DNA from: the human T2T-CHM13v2.0 reference genome, Homo sapiens
Assembly (NCBI RefSeq): GCF_009914755.1
Contig: NC_060928.1
DNA length: 64,000 nt
Reading direction: 5' to 3' (one strand)
The position numbers were made by a program, and so were the translations under genes. The notes below the pieces were generated by a model. That model searched no databases, was not told the DNA's origin, and worked only from the letters and a program-made list of their open reading frames with translations. This document shows positions 30,148-45,449 of the stretch, piece by piece (position 1 is the first letter of the stretch; the number at the start of each line of letters is the position of its first letter).

Positions 30148-31009
30148 CAAGTATTTCATTTTGGAAAGACATATCTGGTTGACAATTCACCAAAGGTTTC
30201 AGGGAATTTGGAAGACTTCAGAGTTTATGCTTTTTCAAGAGCACATTACTTTAAATAATATTTCAGGTACAAATTATTTTAAAATCTTAGAAAATTGATC
30301 ACAGAAATAAATCCTCCTCTTATTTTTCTTTCATATTCTCTATATTAATTAGGCTGGAAATGTATAGAGCCATATGCCAATCAAATGTTTTCATTTCATC
30401 TCTATCATTCATTAGCACGAGGCATTTGCAGTCCAGGACAGTAGTCCATGTTTATGTTTCACTTGCCTTGAGTTATGTTTTTACGACTTCCCACTTTCAT
30501 TCTTCAGGATGAAAGGCGAGAAATGGATACCCGTAAGCACTTTGTTTATCAATGCAGAAGTGGCACTTTATTTGATGTTGCAACACAAAGTGAAATATCT
30601 CTGTATTTTTACTTTTCATTATTTTCTGCTCCTTCTACTACAGTGAGTACAATCACCTTTATTACAGATTCTCAATATATATGTAAATTGCCTGCACAAT
30701 ATTGCCTTCCATATTTTTAAGTTCCTTTGAATTTTGTAACTTTTCTTTCTCGTAGTTTGAGGCTGTATTTCCAACTACTTGGTAAATTTACGGAAAGAAG
30801 TGTTAGTCTTTTTCCCCACTATATCTATCTAACCAGTGCTCTGAATCTGAAGGATGTTTATTACATCCTGCTAGTAAATTTCTTCATATGGCCTTCTAAA
30901 ATTATTTCATAGTGACAATGACAAGAAAAATGTGTTATAATACAAAGAATATTCCAACTCCTCTCCCCGGTCATTTCTTTACTGGCTTGAGCTTTCTTTT
31001 CTTAATCGA

Positions 31010-31340
31010 ACAGGCGTATTTGAGTGCCTACTGAGTAATGGGTACTGTGCTTAATGCTGGGGTTTCAAACAATAACCAACTTTGACTTCAAGAATCTCAG
31101 AGTACAGTGAGAAAAACTGACAAAAAAGAAGGAGGAGGATGACTAGCAAGACTAGGAGGAGAGGAAGAAGAAATTAGTGATTGTAGCCTTATGTGGTCAT
31201 TGCTGAAACAGAGAATCCCTGGATTCATAGGGCCCTATAGGCCTGAGGGTTTCAGGAAATGCTTCATTGATGGAGTTTTAACTGGGAGAAAGCAAAGATA
31301 GACCAGACATTCCAGGCAGAGGAATAGCTAGAGCAAAGGT
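31010..31340 (-). mobile_element. L2 fragment
   Basis: 'tatttgagtgcctactgagtaatgggtactgtgcttaatgctgggg' and 'cattccaggcagaggaatagc'. Confidence 0.65.
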
Positions 31341-32802
31341 AACATGCAACATAATTCATTCCAAGTTAAGTTCTTTGCTACATTTTCCTCAAGATTTTCA
31401 ATATTTGGTTACCATTGTTTTTTAATAGCTTCAGAAATGAAACAATAACATTTTATTCCTTACTTATTTATGCAAGAACACATGGAATATCCATCCAAAT
31501 AAAACATACAACTATATAATATTAATGTAAACAGCAGTCATAAGATATTATATTAGTGTATGATTTGTCCAGTACAAGAAATATTGGAACTCATAAAGCA
31601 AATAGCAAGTTTATTAAAAAATTTTTAAAATCATACTGTATTTTTTAAAGGATAATAAAATATATACGATTTAAAAATACATTATCTTTCTTATAAAAAT
31701 GCATTTTAAGGGTACATTTTATGTTTCAGGGAAAGAAGATATAAGCAAAATTACTAGTTATACATACACTACAGATTATACTCTAAAATTTTGAAAAAAA
31801 AAAAAAATTACTCCACTAAACAGAGGTGACCAAAAATATATAGGGATTTACAGTTCCCCGGGTTGAAACAAGGAGGAGGCAGTTGATGAAGTGCAGCATT
31901 CAGAGAAGTTTTAAAGGACCAGTCAGGTCAAACACTAGGTAGCAGGTACTGGCTTGGAATCAAGAGATGAGCCTAGAGCCTATCGGATGAGAATGAAGGC
32001 TCTAGAAGCCAATAAAGATAGGACATCTTGAAAGGTGGCTAAAGCAAACGAGAGGCCTTGAGGAAAAACTGCTTCAGATAAAAGGTTATAGAGTGGGACC
32101 TTGGGGGCTCCATAAATAAGCTTTAAAAGTTCTTCAAATTGTTTGAAAATTATGCAAACTTAAGTGCGCGTGCACACGCACACAAACACACATACACACA
32201 GGCATGCACACAAACTCTTCTCATGAGAAACTAATCTTTTTTTTTTCTTTTGTAATATACATTCTCAAAGGAGTCCTTGAAGTTTTACGCCCCACTGATC
32301 CAGGACAAATCTAATGAAAGTCAGATTTTTGTTAATTATGATTTGGTTTCCTTCTTCTGTAGTAGGATACAGCTGCCACGTGCTATGTTAGACAAGCTAT
32401 TTTACCTACTACCTGCAGAATTATCGGGGATGCTCAAAATGATGTAGTAACCGCATACTTATGGGGACCTCATGGGAAAACATGAGTGACTTATAGAACT
32501 TCTGATGCCACTAAAGGAAATTCTCTATAATTATAAAAGGGAGTTGTTTTTAGAACTGCTAAATTGCCATTTCCCATAATTGAGGTTGTATCCCAGTGGT
32601 AGAATCAATGATACTACTTCTTATTAAACCAATAAGTCATGGTCCCTCTGCAATACAGCACATTCCCAATTATGGTGTCCTTTAAAAGAATCACCTTTGT
32701 CAAATCAAAGTTACGACTAAAATAATCCTTAGATACTTTTTGTTTCTGAGAATATAGTCATTGCTCTAAAATTTTAGGATTTGCTTTAAAGGCACAAAAC
32801 AA

Positions 32803-33210
32803 TGATTATGGATTTTTTGTTTCCTTCAAAATTTAAACGTTGAAAGCCTAAGCCCCAGTACTTCAGAGTGTGACCTTATTTGAAGCCAGGATCTTTACAG
32901 ATGTAATCAAGTTAAAGTGAATTCATTAGAGTGGGCCTATATACAATATGACTGGCGTCCTTATAATACGGGGAAACTTGAACACAGAAACATGCACAGA
33001 GGTGGAGATGCTGTGGAGGCTTGGGAAAGACAGGCATCTATGAGCTAAACAGAGGCCCGGAACAGATCCTTCCCTCAGAGTCCTTAGGAAATACCAGCCC
33101 TGTTCACACCTTGATCTTGGACTTCTAACTTTCAGAACTGTGAGAAAATAGATTTATGCTATTTATGCCACTCTGGTACTGTGTTATTTCAGCCCCAGCA
33201 AACTAATACA
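32803..33210 (+). mobile_element. MLT1B LTR (MaLR)
   Basis: 'gtgtgaccttatttg', 'atgactggcgtccttataa', 'ggaacagatccttccctca'; ends aactaataca. Confidence 0.85.
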
Positions 33211-33247
33211 ATACTATCAATAATAATAAAAAATCTGTTTAGTGTAT

Positions 33248-33695
33248 TGTATTAATTTCCTATTGCTGCTGTAACAACTTACCACACACAATGATTTAAC
33301 CCATGCAAATTAATATCATCTATTTCCAGAAGTCAGAAGTCTCACTGGACTAAAATCAAGGTGTAATCAGGGCTGCATTCCTTCTGGAGGTGCTATAGAA
33401 TGCTATCCTTGCTTTTTTTAGTTTCTAGAGGTTGTCTGCATTCCTTGGTTCATGGCCCAGTCATTCTGACCTTTACTTCTGTGACTTAATCTCTTTATCT
33501 GACTCTGACCCTCCTGCCTCCCTTTTATCATGACCCTTGTGATTACATTGGGCCACAAGAAAATTCAGGATAATCTTCCAGTCTCAAATACTTAATCACA
33601 TCTGCCAAATCCCTTTTGCTATGTAAAGTAATATATGCAGATTACAGGGATCAGGGCATGACCATCTTTGGGGAACCATTTTTCTACCTATCACA
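33248..33695 (-). mobile_element. MLT1D-like LTR (MaLR)
   Basis: 'tgtattaatttcctattgctgctgtaac...aaaatcaaggtg...gacccttgtgattacattgggcc...ctatcaca'. Confidence 0.85.
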
Positions 33696-36600
33696 GATAT
33701 ATTGAGTGATTAGCACACGGAAGCAACCAGCTAAGCACGTTACCTTAAGTTCTCACCAACTACTTCATCTTCATCTTCCCAACCACTTTATAATGTACAT
33801 TCTATTAGCATGCCCATTTTTACCTGAGAATTTCAAATTGTATGTTTTTCTAATGAATTGCTCTAGTCTAAATCTTCCTAAATTATATAATTAAATGCCA
33901 TTTTTTTTGTTGTCAATGTATCTTCACAGTATGTATATTAAACTAATTTTTTGCATAAAGACAAGTGCTTCCATCTCTTTCAGTTCTTGGGTATCAATTC
34001 GCTATATCCCATTCAGTCTAGTCTACTAAACACGGAGCAGCAGCACCTAGATAATGAGTGTGATATAAAGAAAGGGATTGGAACTGGACAGGGTAGAAAT
34101 AAGACTGTTCATAACATGGCAGGGAAATCCTCAGCATTTGCAAGCATGTAGTAAGAACTGCTCCATATGGAGACAAGGCCAAGTGGTTCACGGGGGCAGA
34201 GAGAGACCTGTCAAACGTTGCAAACATAGCTACTCAGCACAAAAGCACAGCATGAGATCACAGCAGTACTAAGTGCAAGGACTATGTTTGTTCAACTCTA
34301 TGTCCACAGCGTTGTTGATTGCTGAGCAAATCAGTTGATGAAGATGACAGACAGGGCTATTTTTTCAAGATAGCCCCAATTTTATCATTAACACGGCAGT
34401 ATTCCACTAACCTCTACCAAATAGGTGAAAAGTGTGTGCCAAGTTCAAGAAACTAGAAGGGCAATTATTTGACGAGGAACTAGTTATCATGGGCTCTTCC
34501 TGACATGAGCAGACAACTGAGTTATTGATCCGTGGCCTGAGTAACCTGAGAGCAGGGGTATGGTAGAGGATGGCAATTCTTCAGGAGAAGAACCCAGAAG
34601 AGCACAGATCAAAAGGCCCAGGAAGAAGGGACAGAGGGACAACTAACAGCACTTTTTTTTTTCCAGTCAGTTACGTTCTGAGCACTTTCCACACACTAAT
34701 TAATTTTATCATCATGAAAACCTTATAAGGAAGATGCCACTATTATCATCACCACTGACATGCCTTCCAAGCAAGGACCACAAAGGGAACGCCTATAGTT
34801 CCATGAGTTGGATTTAATACTTGTGGCAGTGAGGGATGTACGTGGAGAATCATGGGGCACCTCAGAGAGTGATTGGAAGGACTTATTATGGGATTCAGGC
34901 TTAGGCAAGATGATTTTGGAAGAGAGCTCCAGAAGGCAGACTGGACTGGGTACTGTGAAGGGACAGGAATAAGTCTATGATTAGGTATATTAATAAATGT
35001 TTTCTAAATGGAGGGCAGACTATAATAAAGCTAACAAAGCAGCAATCACTCATATCAGCAGACATTTTGTGGTTTTTACACTGACCTTTTTCTTTTATCT
35101 GCACTTAGTCAACATTGTCAACTTGCCTGTCTTTATCTTTACGCAGGTCCAGAATCATCTTGTCTGATGTTGATGTTCTGTGAGATTTCTTTATGTCTCA
35201 TAGGAGAACACCAAGGCTTTGCTGTGATTGTCAGTCCAGCTCCTACCAATACTAAGACCTAGCTGTAAGATTTCAAGTTCTTTTTCCAAATATCAGGGCT
35301 GCTTTCCTCTTTTTCTGTCTCTGAATTATCTATAGAGAAGCAGAGGCTCAGGAAGTTTCAATAACTCACCAAAGGTCACTCAGCTATGTGCAAAGCAGGA
35401 ACTGAACCCAGGTAATTGAGTTCCAGATTCTAAGTCTTTGGCCATTGTGCTGTATTATCAGCAGCCAGCAGCAGCTGTAGTGACAAACATAATGCCACAT
35501 TTCCCAGCCCAGAGCTCACCACAAAGATCTTCTAAGAGGTATGATGCTGTGAATGCTTTCACAGGATTCAATTTCTGTGACTGTAAACTTCTATTTTTAA
35601 AACTACTCTGCCTGAACGAGTGCCAATGGTGAGGGTTTCACTTCTCAACATTTACATTCAACCCTTTGCCATTGTTTAAATAATTTAACATTCTTCCATA
35701 TAAATAACAATTTTCACTTAGGCAGACTCTTACTATACATTGAGCATTACCCCAAGATGAAAAAGCCTCCTAAGTGAAAATCACTAAGGCAATTTAAAAT
35801 ACTGTTGTCCATGAAATTACCTTTAATCAAGTCACCAAACTTCCCCATTTGTCTCACTGAAAGTTCCAATTTCACCTCCTTCCTAACATTTTATGTTAAC
35901 AATTGGAATACGTTTGTAATATATGCTCTTTGTTTGACCAACATATATTAATTGTTACATAACTTAATCCTATAGACATTTTTAACATTTAGAGACTCAT
36001 GATGTGAGAAAAAATTTCAATAACTTTTTAGTTTTATTCAAAGAGATATGATAATAACATACTGAGCAAAAGATTTTCAAAAATTCATTGTGTAATTTAG
36101 GGAATTCGTACAATTTAAGAAAGGGGATAAAAACCATGATTTCATAAAAATAAAAGATGATGTAAATACAAAATACATACATAATTAAAATAAAATACAT
36201 GGTATTATAAAATGGTATATTTTTATATCCTGTTAGGTGCTTAAAGAGAATTGTTTAATTGGTTTTAAAATGACAATTTTTATAAGATGTTTGAAATTAT
36301 GTCATATCAAATTAAATTTGATGAAAAACTTTCAATGTCAATTTAAAAATTTTGCAAGCAGTTATTTCTTTTCCAGAATTATTTTTGGGATTTCCTGAGT
36401 AAACTTTTGTAAAGATGACTGACTTGTAACACTGCTATTTGCACGAAACAGTTTATTTTTATCAGAGTCCTGGAAGAGTCTGCCAAATGGAACTCAAGGT
36501 GGCTAGGGTAAGATTTACACTGGATATAGGCCCTGATTAGATATTATGTTTCATTCCATTGTTACAAAACTGCATTTTCCTTAGTTTCTTCCTTATTGGC

Positions 36601-38429
36601 CAACGTAGAAACTTTCTAGGATGAAAGTCTCCATTTTTATGCGTCTATGCTAGCCACAGCCAATGAGCCAGACTCTCTGCTGCAGAGCCTGTGTCCAGCT
36701 CAAAGTCTTTAAAACAAAACAAAAAATACCATAGACAATGCTTACAAATGTCCCAGGGCAGGCACATGCACATAAATCTACTTATTAATCTACTTCCCAT
36801 TCTTTCCCTGAGCAGTTTTGGTTCCACAAAACTCTTTGAGTTGCTAACATAATTTCCCACAGGAAATATATTTTATAATCAAGTAACTTTTATTCATTCA
36901 TAGATGTTCTATTTTCTTTATCTAATTTATTATGTATGGGTTTCTTACAATCTTAATATAAAAATTTAATGAACAGCCATGACAATCTATATTGATTTTT
37001 ACCTGCTATACTTTAACCTTCTAAAGAAGTAGACTTTGCACATTTTGTTTTATGCATGTCAGAATGATACCGCATTATATTAATAAAGATCTTTTCATTC
37101 ACGGTATGTAAGAGGCAGGGGTCTCAGCTATGTCAGAACTGAATTTTAGGCATGTCTCTTAGGAGAACTAAGAAGAAATCTTTCACCTTACACTTAAAAT
37201 TTGTGTCTATTGATGGACTTGGAGGCTTGTGAGTTTTCTAGAATAAAACTCAAAATATAATGGTGAGAATTAAGTAACTCACAGAATGGCAAATATGCCA
37301 GGATTAGTACAGGATGGACAGAGGAGCAAGGTTAATGCCCCAAAGAAGGTATACTGCAAGAAGGGAATGTGGCTTTCCAGGGAGGGACTCCATTTCAGTG
37401 AAAGGGGTGTAGTTTACAAGCTGGACTCAATGACAGAGCCTGAGGGTCTGAGAGAAGTAGTACTTTTAAGTAAAATTGGGCACTGTTGTTTCAAATGAAC
37501 TCAGCCTTCCTTGGGAGCACCTTGATAGAGAAGAGCCAAGTAAAATACGGAAAAACAGTAACCACTCAGGGTCTTAAAAAAACCCTGCTCTGGAATGCTT
37601 CTGACATAGACATCAGAGGAGGAGGACATATGCCAAGGAGACTGTGAGGTAGAATCGAGGATGATTCCACTCATACAAAGTTGTACTTAGCAGCAGGAAC
37701 ACCTGAACATTGAGGAATGCCCCCAAAAGCAGCGGCTGTCATGGTCAGGACAGAACAGGGACATCACCATGTGAGCAGCAGCCTGAGAGTGAGTGTTAAG
37801 CCACAATCACGAGCTCAAGTTTCATTACCCGTGAGGAGAAAGGATAAAATTAAGAGAACCTTGAAAGAGAGGTTACGTTTCTATAAATATGTAAATAGGT
37901 TCTAATAAGCAAGAAATACTGAGGTCTATAAGGTGGTCTCATTTTTATGCACACAATGATGAATCACAGTGATATTGCAGCATTTATATTTTAGAATCAA
38001 TAACCTGGTTGGTGGTTCATTCTGTGCCTGGCCTATTTATATTTTATAGCCACCAGAAAAATAGCTAAGATTATGACTATGAGTCCAATAATCCAGGTAC
38101 TTAAGAAAGGCTAGATTTAAATCAGGAAGACATGGCCAAACATTTTTAGAATAAGAACGTCCATGTAAGAGAAAATATTTTGTTTTTAAAAGCATATGTT
38201 ACAGACAAATTTTCAGCCCGATGAGGTGATAATAAGTAGATATGGAACCATTACATAAAATTTAAAAATATAGAAGTCATTTACATTAAAATTAAAATTA
38301 TTTGGGTGTTATTTAAATGTTTACATTAACTTGGACTATATTGAATAGGACCAATCCATGGCACTGATTCATAATTATTAATTAAAGAGGACCTCAGCTA
38401 GATCCACTGCTTTACATATAACCTATAGG

Positions 38430-39380
38430 TTAATGACTTCCAAATGTATACCTCTGTTCCCATTTTTTCCTTAATCCTCCAGACTCTGAAATCTATATCC
38501 CTACTGACCTTAAACTTAACATTCTCCCTAAAAACCTCCTGAATTTCTCTGTGAACATCCTCCTTGAGTAATCTTCCCCATCTTGTTACAAGGCAACTCT
38601 ATTCTTAAAATGCACAGGACAAAAAGCCTTGAGTCATCCCTGACTCCTCTCTCCAAGGATTCATTAGCAAATTCTGTGACCTCCTCCTTCAAAATATATC
38701 TCCAGTCCGACCCCTTCTTACTATCTCTGTTGCTACAGGTTATCTTCTGAAACTGTTGGAAGAATTTTCTAACTTGCCTCCATGTTTCTACCTTTGTTCT
38801 ATTCTCCAGATAATTTGATCAAGTTATTGCTTGTTTAAAACCTTCCAATAACTCTTTATCTGTCTAAAGTTATGATTGTTAGTCTTGGCCTAAAAAGTTG
38901 TTTTATGATCTTCCTCCTTACTACCACTCTGACTTTATCTTCTGTATTTCCCCTCCGCTTCCTTCATTCCAGTCATAAAGACTTCCTTGGTGTAACTCAA
39001 ATTCCCATACTCCCAACCCAGGATGTTTTCACTTGCTTTGTCTTCTAACTGGAAAGCTCTTTAATTAAATAAACATATGATTCTTACCTACCTTTTGTTC
39101 CAAGCTATACTCAGTAGTTGCATTTGCAGAGAGGTCTTTTTTGACCACCCAATACATGAAGACATGTTTGCTTCTTCTCACTAATTTTATCTGCTATATT
39201 TTTCTTCATTTCAATAGTCACCCAAGTAATACACATTTTTGTTCCTATGTGTCTTCTACCACTGAAATGTAAGTACCATGAAGTCCCCTGTAGTATCCCC
39301 ACCCAGCACATGTGATAAGATGCTCAATAAGGTGTTCAGTAAGATGCCCAATATGATGCTATTGGATAAATTAAATAATA
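38430..39380 (+). mobile_element. L2 LINE 3' part
   Basis: Pyrimidine-rich L2 motifs ('atgacttccaaatgtatacctc', 'ccttgagtcatccctgactcctctctc', 'tgctcaataa'). Confidence 0.75.
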
Positions 39381-39902
39381 GCAGAAAAATTAGAACTTCA
39401 TGATTTTTTAAGCTACTGTCTTTTAATCTATCCTTTAATGACTTTCTAAATAACTCATTGTAGAGAGTTACAATTTGTAAAATTCTAGCAATTTTTCTGT
39501 TTACAACAAAATATTAGAGAATGCATACTGCCTAATCTGGCAACTTTTTTTTCCCTTGGTTATCAAGTTTTAAATAATGCTTAGTTTTCTAGCCCTCAAA
39601 GTACAACCACAGACTGCAATATCTGTCTAGTTTTCCAGCAGAAAAGAAAGTATGCATACTTAGCCAGAACTAACATGATCCCCCCCAATCTGATTCCACC
39701 TAACCCTTTCACATTTATATATGAATAAAAGGATTCTAGAAGGAATTCCTTAAAGACAAAAGAAAGACAAAAAAAAAAAATCTACTCCTGAGTCTTATGC
39801 TCAAAGAAAGATATTTGGAAGAAGTCAGAAGTCAATGGAAAAAAAAAATATGCAATCATAAAAACATACCTGACAAGTGTTCGCAAAGCAGTTTTCATGT
39901 TC

Positions 39903-40191
39903 TTTTTTTTTTTCAAGACAAGTCTTGCTGTATTGCCCAGGCTGGAGTGTAGTGGTGCAATCTTAGCTTACTGCAACCCCTGCCTCCTGGGTTCAAGCGA
40001 TTCTCCTGCCTCAGCCTCCTGAGTAGGTAGGATGGCCCGCGCGCCACTATGCCTGGCCAATTTTTGTATTTTTAGTGGAGACAGGGTTTCACCATATTAG
40101 TTAAGCTGGTCTTGAATTCCTCACCTCATGATCTGCCCGCCTCAGCCTCCCAAAGTGCTGGGATTACAGGCGTGAGCCACTGTGCCCGTCC
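39903..40191 (-). mobile_element. AluS (Sg-like)
   Basis: Full dimer with T-tail and 'cctcatgatctgcccgcctcagcc'. Confidence 0.92.
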
Positions 40192-40269
40192 CATTTTCTT
40201 TCTTACTTATCTTTTGGCAGATTGTAACACTGACTTCAATCTTTTACATGTCTTTGTACTCATATCCTG

Positions 40270-40675
40270 TCCATGGCATCATCATTGACAAAGCAGGTGC
40301 CTATCCCTTAACTTTGCATCCTGCCATGTGATTTGCTTTGAAGGCAGAAATGGCAGTGTGTCCATTCTGAGCACAGAGTTGAAGAGACTGTGCAAGTTCC
40401 TGATTGTTCTTATTTCTTGAGCATTACAATGATTACAGCAGGCCCTCCTGGTCCTAAGACAGTTAGAGAATATGGAACAGAGCAACTCCAACTAACCCAC
40501 AGAACTGCAGTAACAAGCAGAGACTCCCAGCCAGAAAACCCTAATGAAAACATTCAGCCCAGCCCAGTCCAGCCCAGCCCAGCCCAACTGCAGACATCTG
40601 AAGGATAATAAATGATCATTGTTTTAAGCCACTGAGTTTTTAGGTAGCTTATTATGCACATCATAAAACCAATAT
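40270..40675 (+). mobile_element. Old MLT1 LTR (H/I/J-like) with (CCCAG)n run
   Basis: 'gccatgtgatttgctttg', 'aataaatgatcattgttttaagccactgagtttt'. Confidence 0.7.
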
Positions 40676-41799
40676 AATCTTCTTTCCAAAATATCTTTTA
40701 CACTTACTTAAAAGATTTTTTTCATAAGTCAGAAATAAAAAGTTCAAGTACAAAAATAAAAAATGACTTCTAGTCAGAATTTAGGTTGAAATACTCAGCA
40801 TGAAAAAAAATGACACCTCTTTAAAACAAAATGCATAGAAGGAATTTCTAATGAATTATCTTCTTAAAGACATATGAATAAAATGTGATACTGAAGTGCT
40901 TTCATGATAAAAAAAGAGTCTGAACAAAACAAAATAGGAATAAAGAGAATAAAAGCCTTGTGATATTCATTGATGTTAGCATTTTACTATTGCAAAAAGA
41001 ATCTTAGGGTACAATAGCCACATAAAATTATAGTTTGCCTAAAAGAAACAAATTCCCAGAATAATAAAAGCTATCCTTTGAAAAATAGAATGAAGAGAAG
41101 CCTACAATTTATCAGACTGTAAATAAGAGATTGTCTAAAAGACTATGAGAACAATGACAGCAAATAGTCTTCAGCCATGAGAGCTTACCAGAATCAACCT
41201 AACATTACCCTCAGGGCCCATTAAAGGAAGATGTAGAAGAAATATCTAGACATAGAAACTTTTATTAGAGATGGTCATAAAACATTGATTGAAAAACCTT
41301 TTTGAATATCATACCAGGATCATTTATTTGAAGCCCAAATGGTTCATGAGTTACCAAGATGCTAATAAATCAAAATGGTTGTGAAGGTAATTTGTTTAAC
41401 TTCCCATTTGTTCTTGTTAAATGTATATACACTGAAAGAAATTGTTCTCTTTATGTGCACATTGAACATATTTCTTAAAAATGAGGCTTCAATATTGAGG
41501 GACTTTGAAATTAATCCCCTTTCACTCTTATGCCTATTTCCCCAAAAGAATCATCATACATGTATCTGGGCATTAACTATTTCTTTAGTCTGACAAGAGA
41601 ATATATCACTAAATTTAATCAAGAAACAGCCAATTCAGTTTTAGGTGGCATGTTTCAACTCACAGGAATTCAGAAGGCAAATAGCATGGACACTTGGTTA
41701 TGTATGTCTTAAATGCTCCTAATTCACTATATATCATTCTTTCCCATGATAATTGGTACTCTGTCGTATCCAGCAAAAAACTCATTTATGCAAGATTTA

Positions 41800-42010
41800 G
41801 TAGGAGATAACATTTACTGAGCATTCACACTGAGCCAGGTACCACTGCAGGAAGGCACTTTACCAGAATTAATTCCTTTAAGTCTCATCACTAACCTATA
41901 AAATAGATTATATTGTCATCTCCATTTTATAGGTTAGAGAAGTAAGGAATAGATTTGCTAACCTGAGATGGAACCAGTATACTATTCCAGGAAGACTGAT
42001 TCTCTTAGCC
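41800..42010 (-). mobile_element. MIR SINE
   Basis: 'taacatttactgagcattcac...gtcatctccattttataggttagagaag'. Confidence 0.7.
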
Positions 42011-43700
42011 ATTATATCACAACTTTTAAAAACTGGAAAATAAAACACTTATCACCAGCTTTCCTCTGAGTATAAGAACAGTCTGATTTTAAAATACCTT
42101 TAAAATTTCTTAATTTGGAAGCTGACACTCTGAGAGAATTAGCTATCTGTAGTATTCTAGGGAAGAAAACAAAATCATCATTAACTTCCTTTAAATATGA
42201 AATGGAAGGCAATTGGTGTTGAAGAGTGAGCTGGGGTAAGTCTAGTAGTAGTGAAGGAAGTAGAAATTGTTGTTAAGAACAGAGATGTCTGATATTCAAT
42301 TGTAAGTTGTTTGAATATGTAATGTAAAACCCCCTGCCCCTCCCTATTTCAAACAAACAAGTTGGTTACCTTTTATCTGCCTTGTATGAATTATATTTTG
42401 TTCGCATTATGTGTTGTGGATGGTTGGAAATCAAGAGTCTGGGTTCTACCTCTGTGTTAATAGATTAAATTAACTGGGTGAAAGCAAAACATAAAATGTG
42501 GTAGTAATCATAACAATCTTAGGTTCTTAAACATTCACAGAAATCTTTAAAAATTTTTAAGGCATTGGACTCTCATCAGGGCATGGAATATGGGGGGATT
42601 AGGAATCACTTTTAACTAAATATTAAAACAGTGATTAAACCCAGTTGACAATATGTCACGCATTTATCTTTTACTGTAATATTCCCACCATTGATAAATT
42701 GGCAGCCATCTTATCCTGACCTCCAATGTTACCCATACTTCCAAGAGCAGGTGCCTCATCCTGTGCCTACACACTTAACAGTCAGTGAAGATTTCTGTCT
42801 GTTCTTTAATCTTAACTTTTTTTTCTCATTCCTCTGCCTTCTTCCCTTTCTTTTTTCTTTCTCCACCAGAGAACCAACCCTAAATCATCCAAAGCTCTGC
42901 CATGGCCATAAGTCAAGTTTCCCTGTATAAATGCCATCTGCTGTGTGGGTTCTACTCCCACAAATAATTGAGCTGATTAGGAAAATACAGTCGTCGGTGA
43001 AGTCATATCTATGACAAGAAACATGAAAAACCAGAAAGACTGAGTTCACTATATTTTAGCATAAACAAATAGTGTGGGAGGGGCATTCCTCTCTAGTAAC
43101 AGCTGCCCTTCTACAAAAATTAGAAGGTAGATCCTGACAATACAATGATAGGATTTTTTTTGAACCAACGAGTTTCTAAAATAAAAATGCAAATATTATT
43201 TCATTTCTTTCCTTCACCCTTATCCCAGATTCTGATAACCTACATACTTTGACAACTACTGTATTACAGAAAGGGGACAGTAAAATGCTTTGTACTATTT
43301 CCAAACTGCATATGTACCCTCAAATATAACATATGCCCAATAGTCCTACAATTTGCTGAGATTTATTTTACAACAGAGCTCTAAAGATATAAAAGTAGAT
43401 GATATTGATATTGGAAAGAGGACAGAGATGGAAGAATAATTTAGAAGACTCCCATAGTATGTAGAGTTTCTCTTTAGAATGAATGTTTTTCAGAAAAACA
43501 AAATCAAATTCAACAATTAATTATAAAATATTATACCTGGATATTACAACTCAACTAGAAACCTAAGTGCAAAATTAGAATAAGATTCAAAATACAAAGA
43601 GAAAAATCTAAAAAAATTATTTTACATTTAAAAATACATATTCCAGCTTTACATTTTTCTCATTTCATAAATACTTGTTCACATTTAAAACAAATCTCTA

Positions 43701-44019
<319 letters not shown>

Positions 44020-44033
44020 AAAACAAATCTCTA

Positions 44034-44381
<348 letters not shown>

Positions 44382-45449
44382 TCACTAAGAAGCCAGAAAT
44401 TATAATTTTAGATTAATTTTATATTGGTTAATTTTAAAAACATATACAGTTAATAGAGTTGCAAGGATCATATTCCCCTAAAGCATCAGACATGTACCAT
44501 CTCATTTTTCATGGTGACCTTACAATTCTTTCAGGATGTCATGCTGCAACTTCTGTTTCATCTTTTACGTTTCATTCACACAAAACTTTGCCTCTTGTTT
44601 CTAGAAGCAACTTTAGGGTTCCAGTTTTTTTTTTTTTTTCCACTCTCAATGACAATTTGCCAGGATGATCTCCCTCATTGTACTCTTTCTTCCTATTTAT
44701 CAGCAATAATTAATTTTCAGACTACTCTTTCTTACATTTTTTTCTCATTTTATCACTACCCTAATTATGAACCCAACATGGTCTCTACTTTCTCCATGAT
44801 ATAACACCCTACACATTACAATTTTTTCTCCCTCATTTATAACCATCCACTTTTGATTCCACAAGTTCTTTAATAAATGAACTACTGCTGGGCATTAGAG
44901 GTATTTCTTGCCCCAGTCTTTTTTTGCTATTGTAAAGTGCTATGATTAATCTTTTTATGCTGTTTAATTTTTTTTCTTGGTCACTAAGACACTATAAATA
45001 CTATTATATTAATTTTTCACTTAAAATCTTTTGATTAGGAACTTCCATTTTTATATATATCTTATGATTAATAATTTTAGAAAAATGAACTCCTTTATTA
45101 TCAAATGATTCCTCAATTAAAATGAGTATGAGTTATGTGCAGTGCTACTTTAGTAAACATTATTCTGACACCATTAATTACAGAGGACATTTGCTATGCA
45201 AAGCCATGAAGGACACTTTATTGTGCCTTAGATAATGTACAAATATGAAGTGGATGTGGGCTGCCATGCAAGGGTAAGGGGAAGAAAAAAGACTGCCCAC
45301 TCTACCCTGAACTGAGTGGGAGACAGAGGTTGTTTGTCACCAGATGAGTGATAGGAATACTGAGAAATCTGCAGTTCTGAGTTTCATAAAAGAGTCTGCT
45401 GCTAAAAGTTGAGGATAGAGAAAGAATGTTGAGAAAAATCCCACGATAA

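Noticed and set aside
37100-38050. Possible ancient LTR (Gypsy/ERVL-like) block
   Set aside because: Composition is suggestive, but I could not match termini or a family with confidence.
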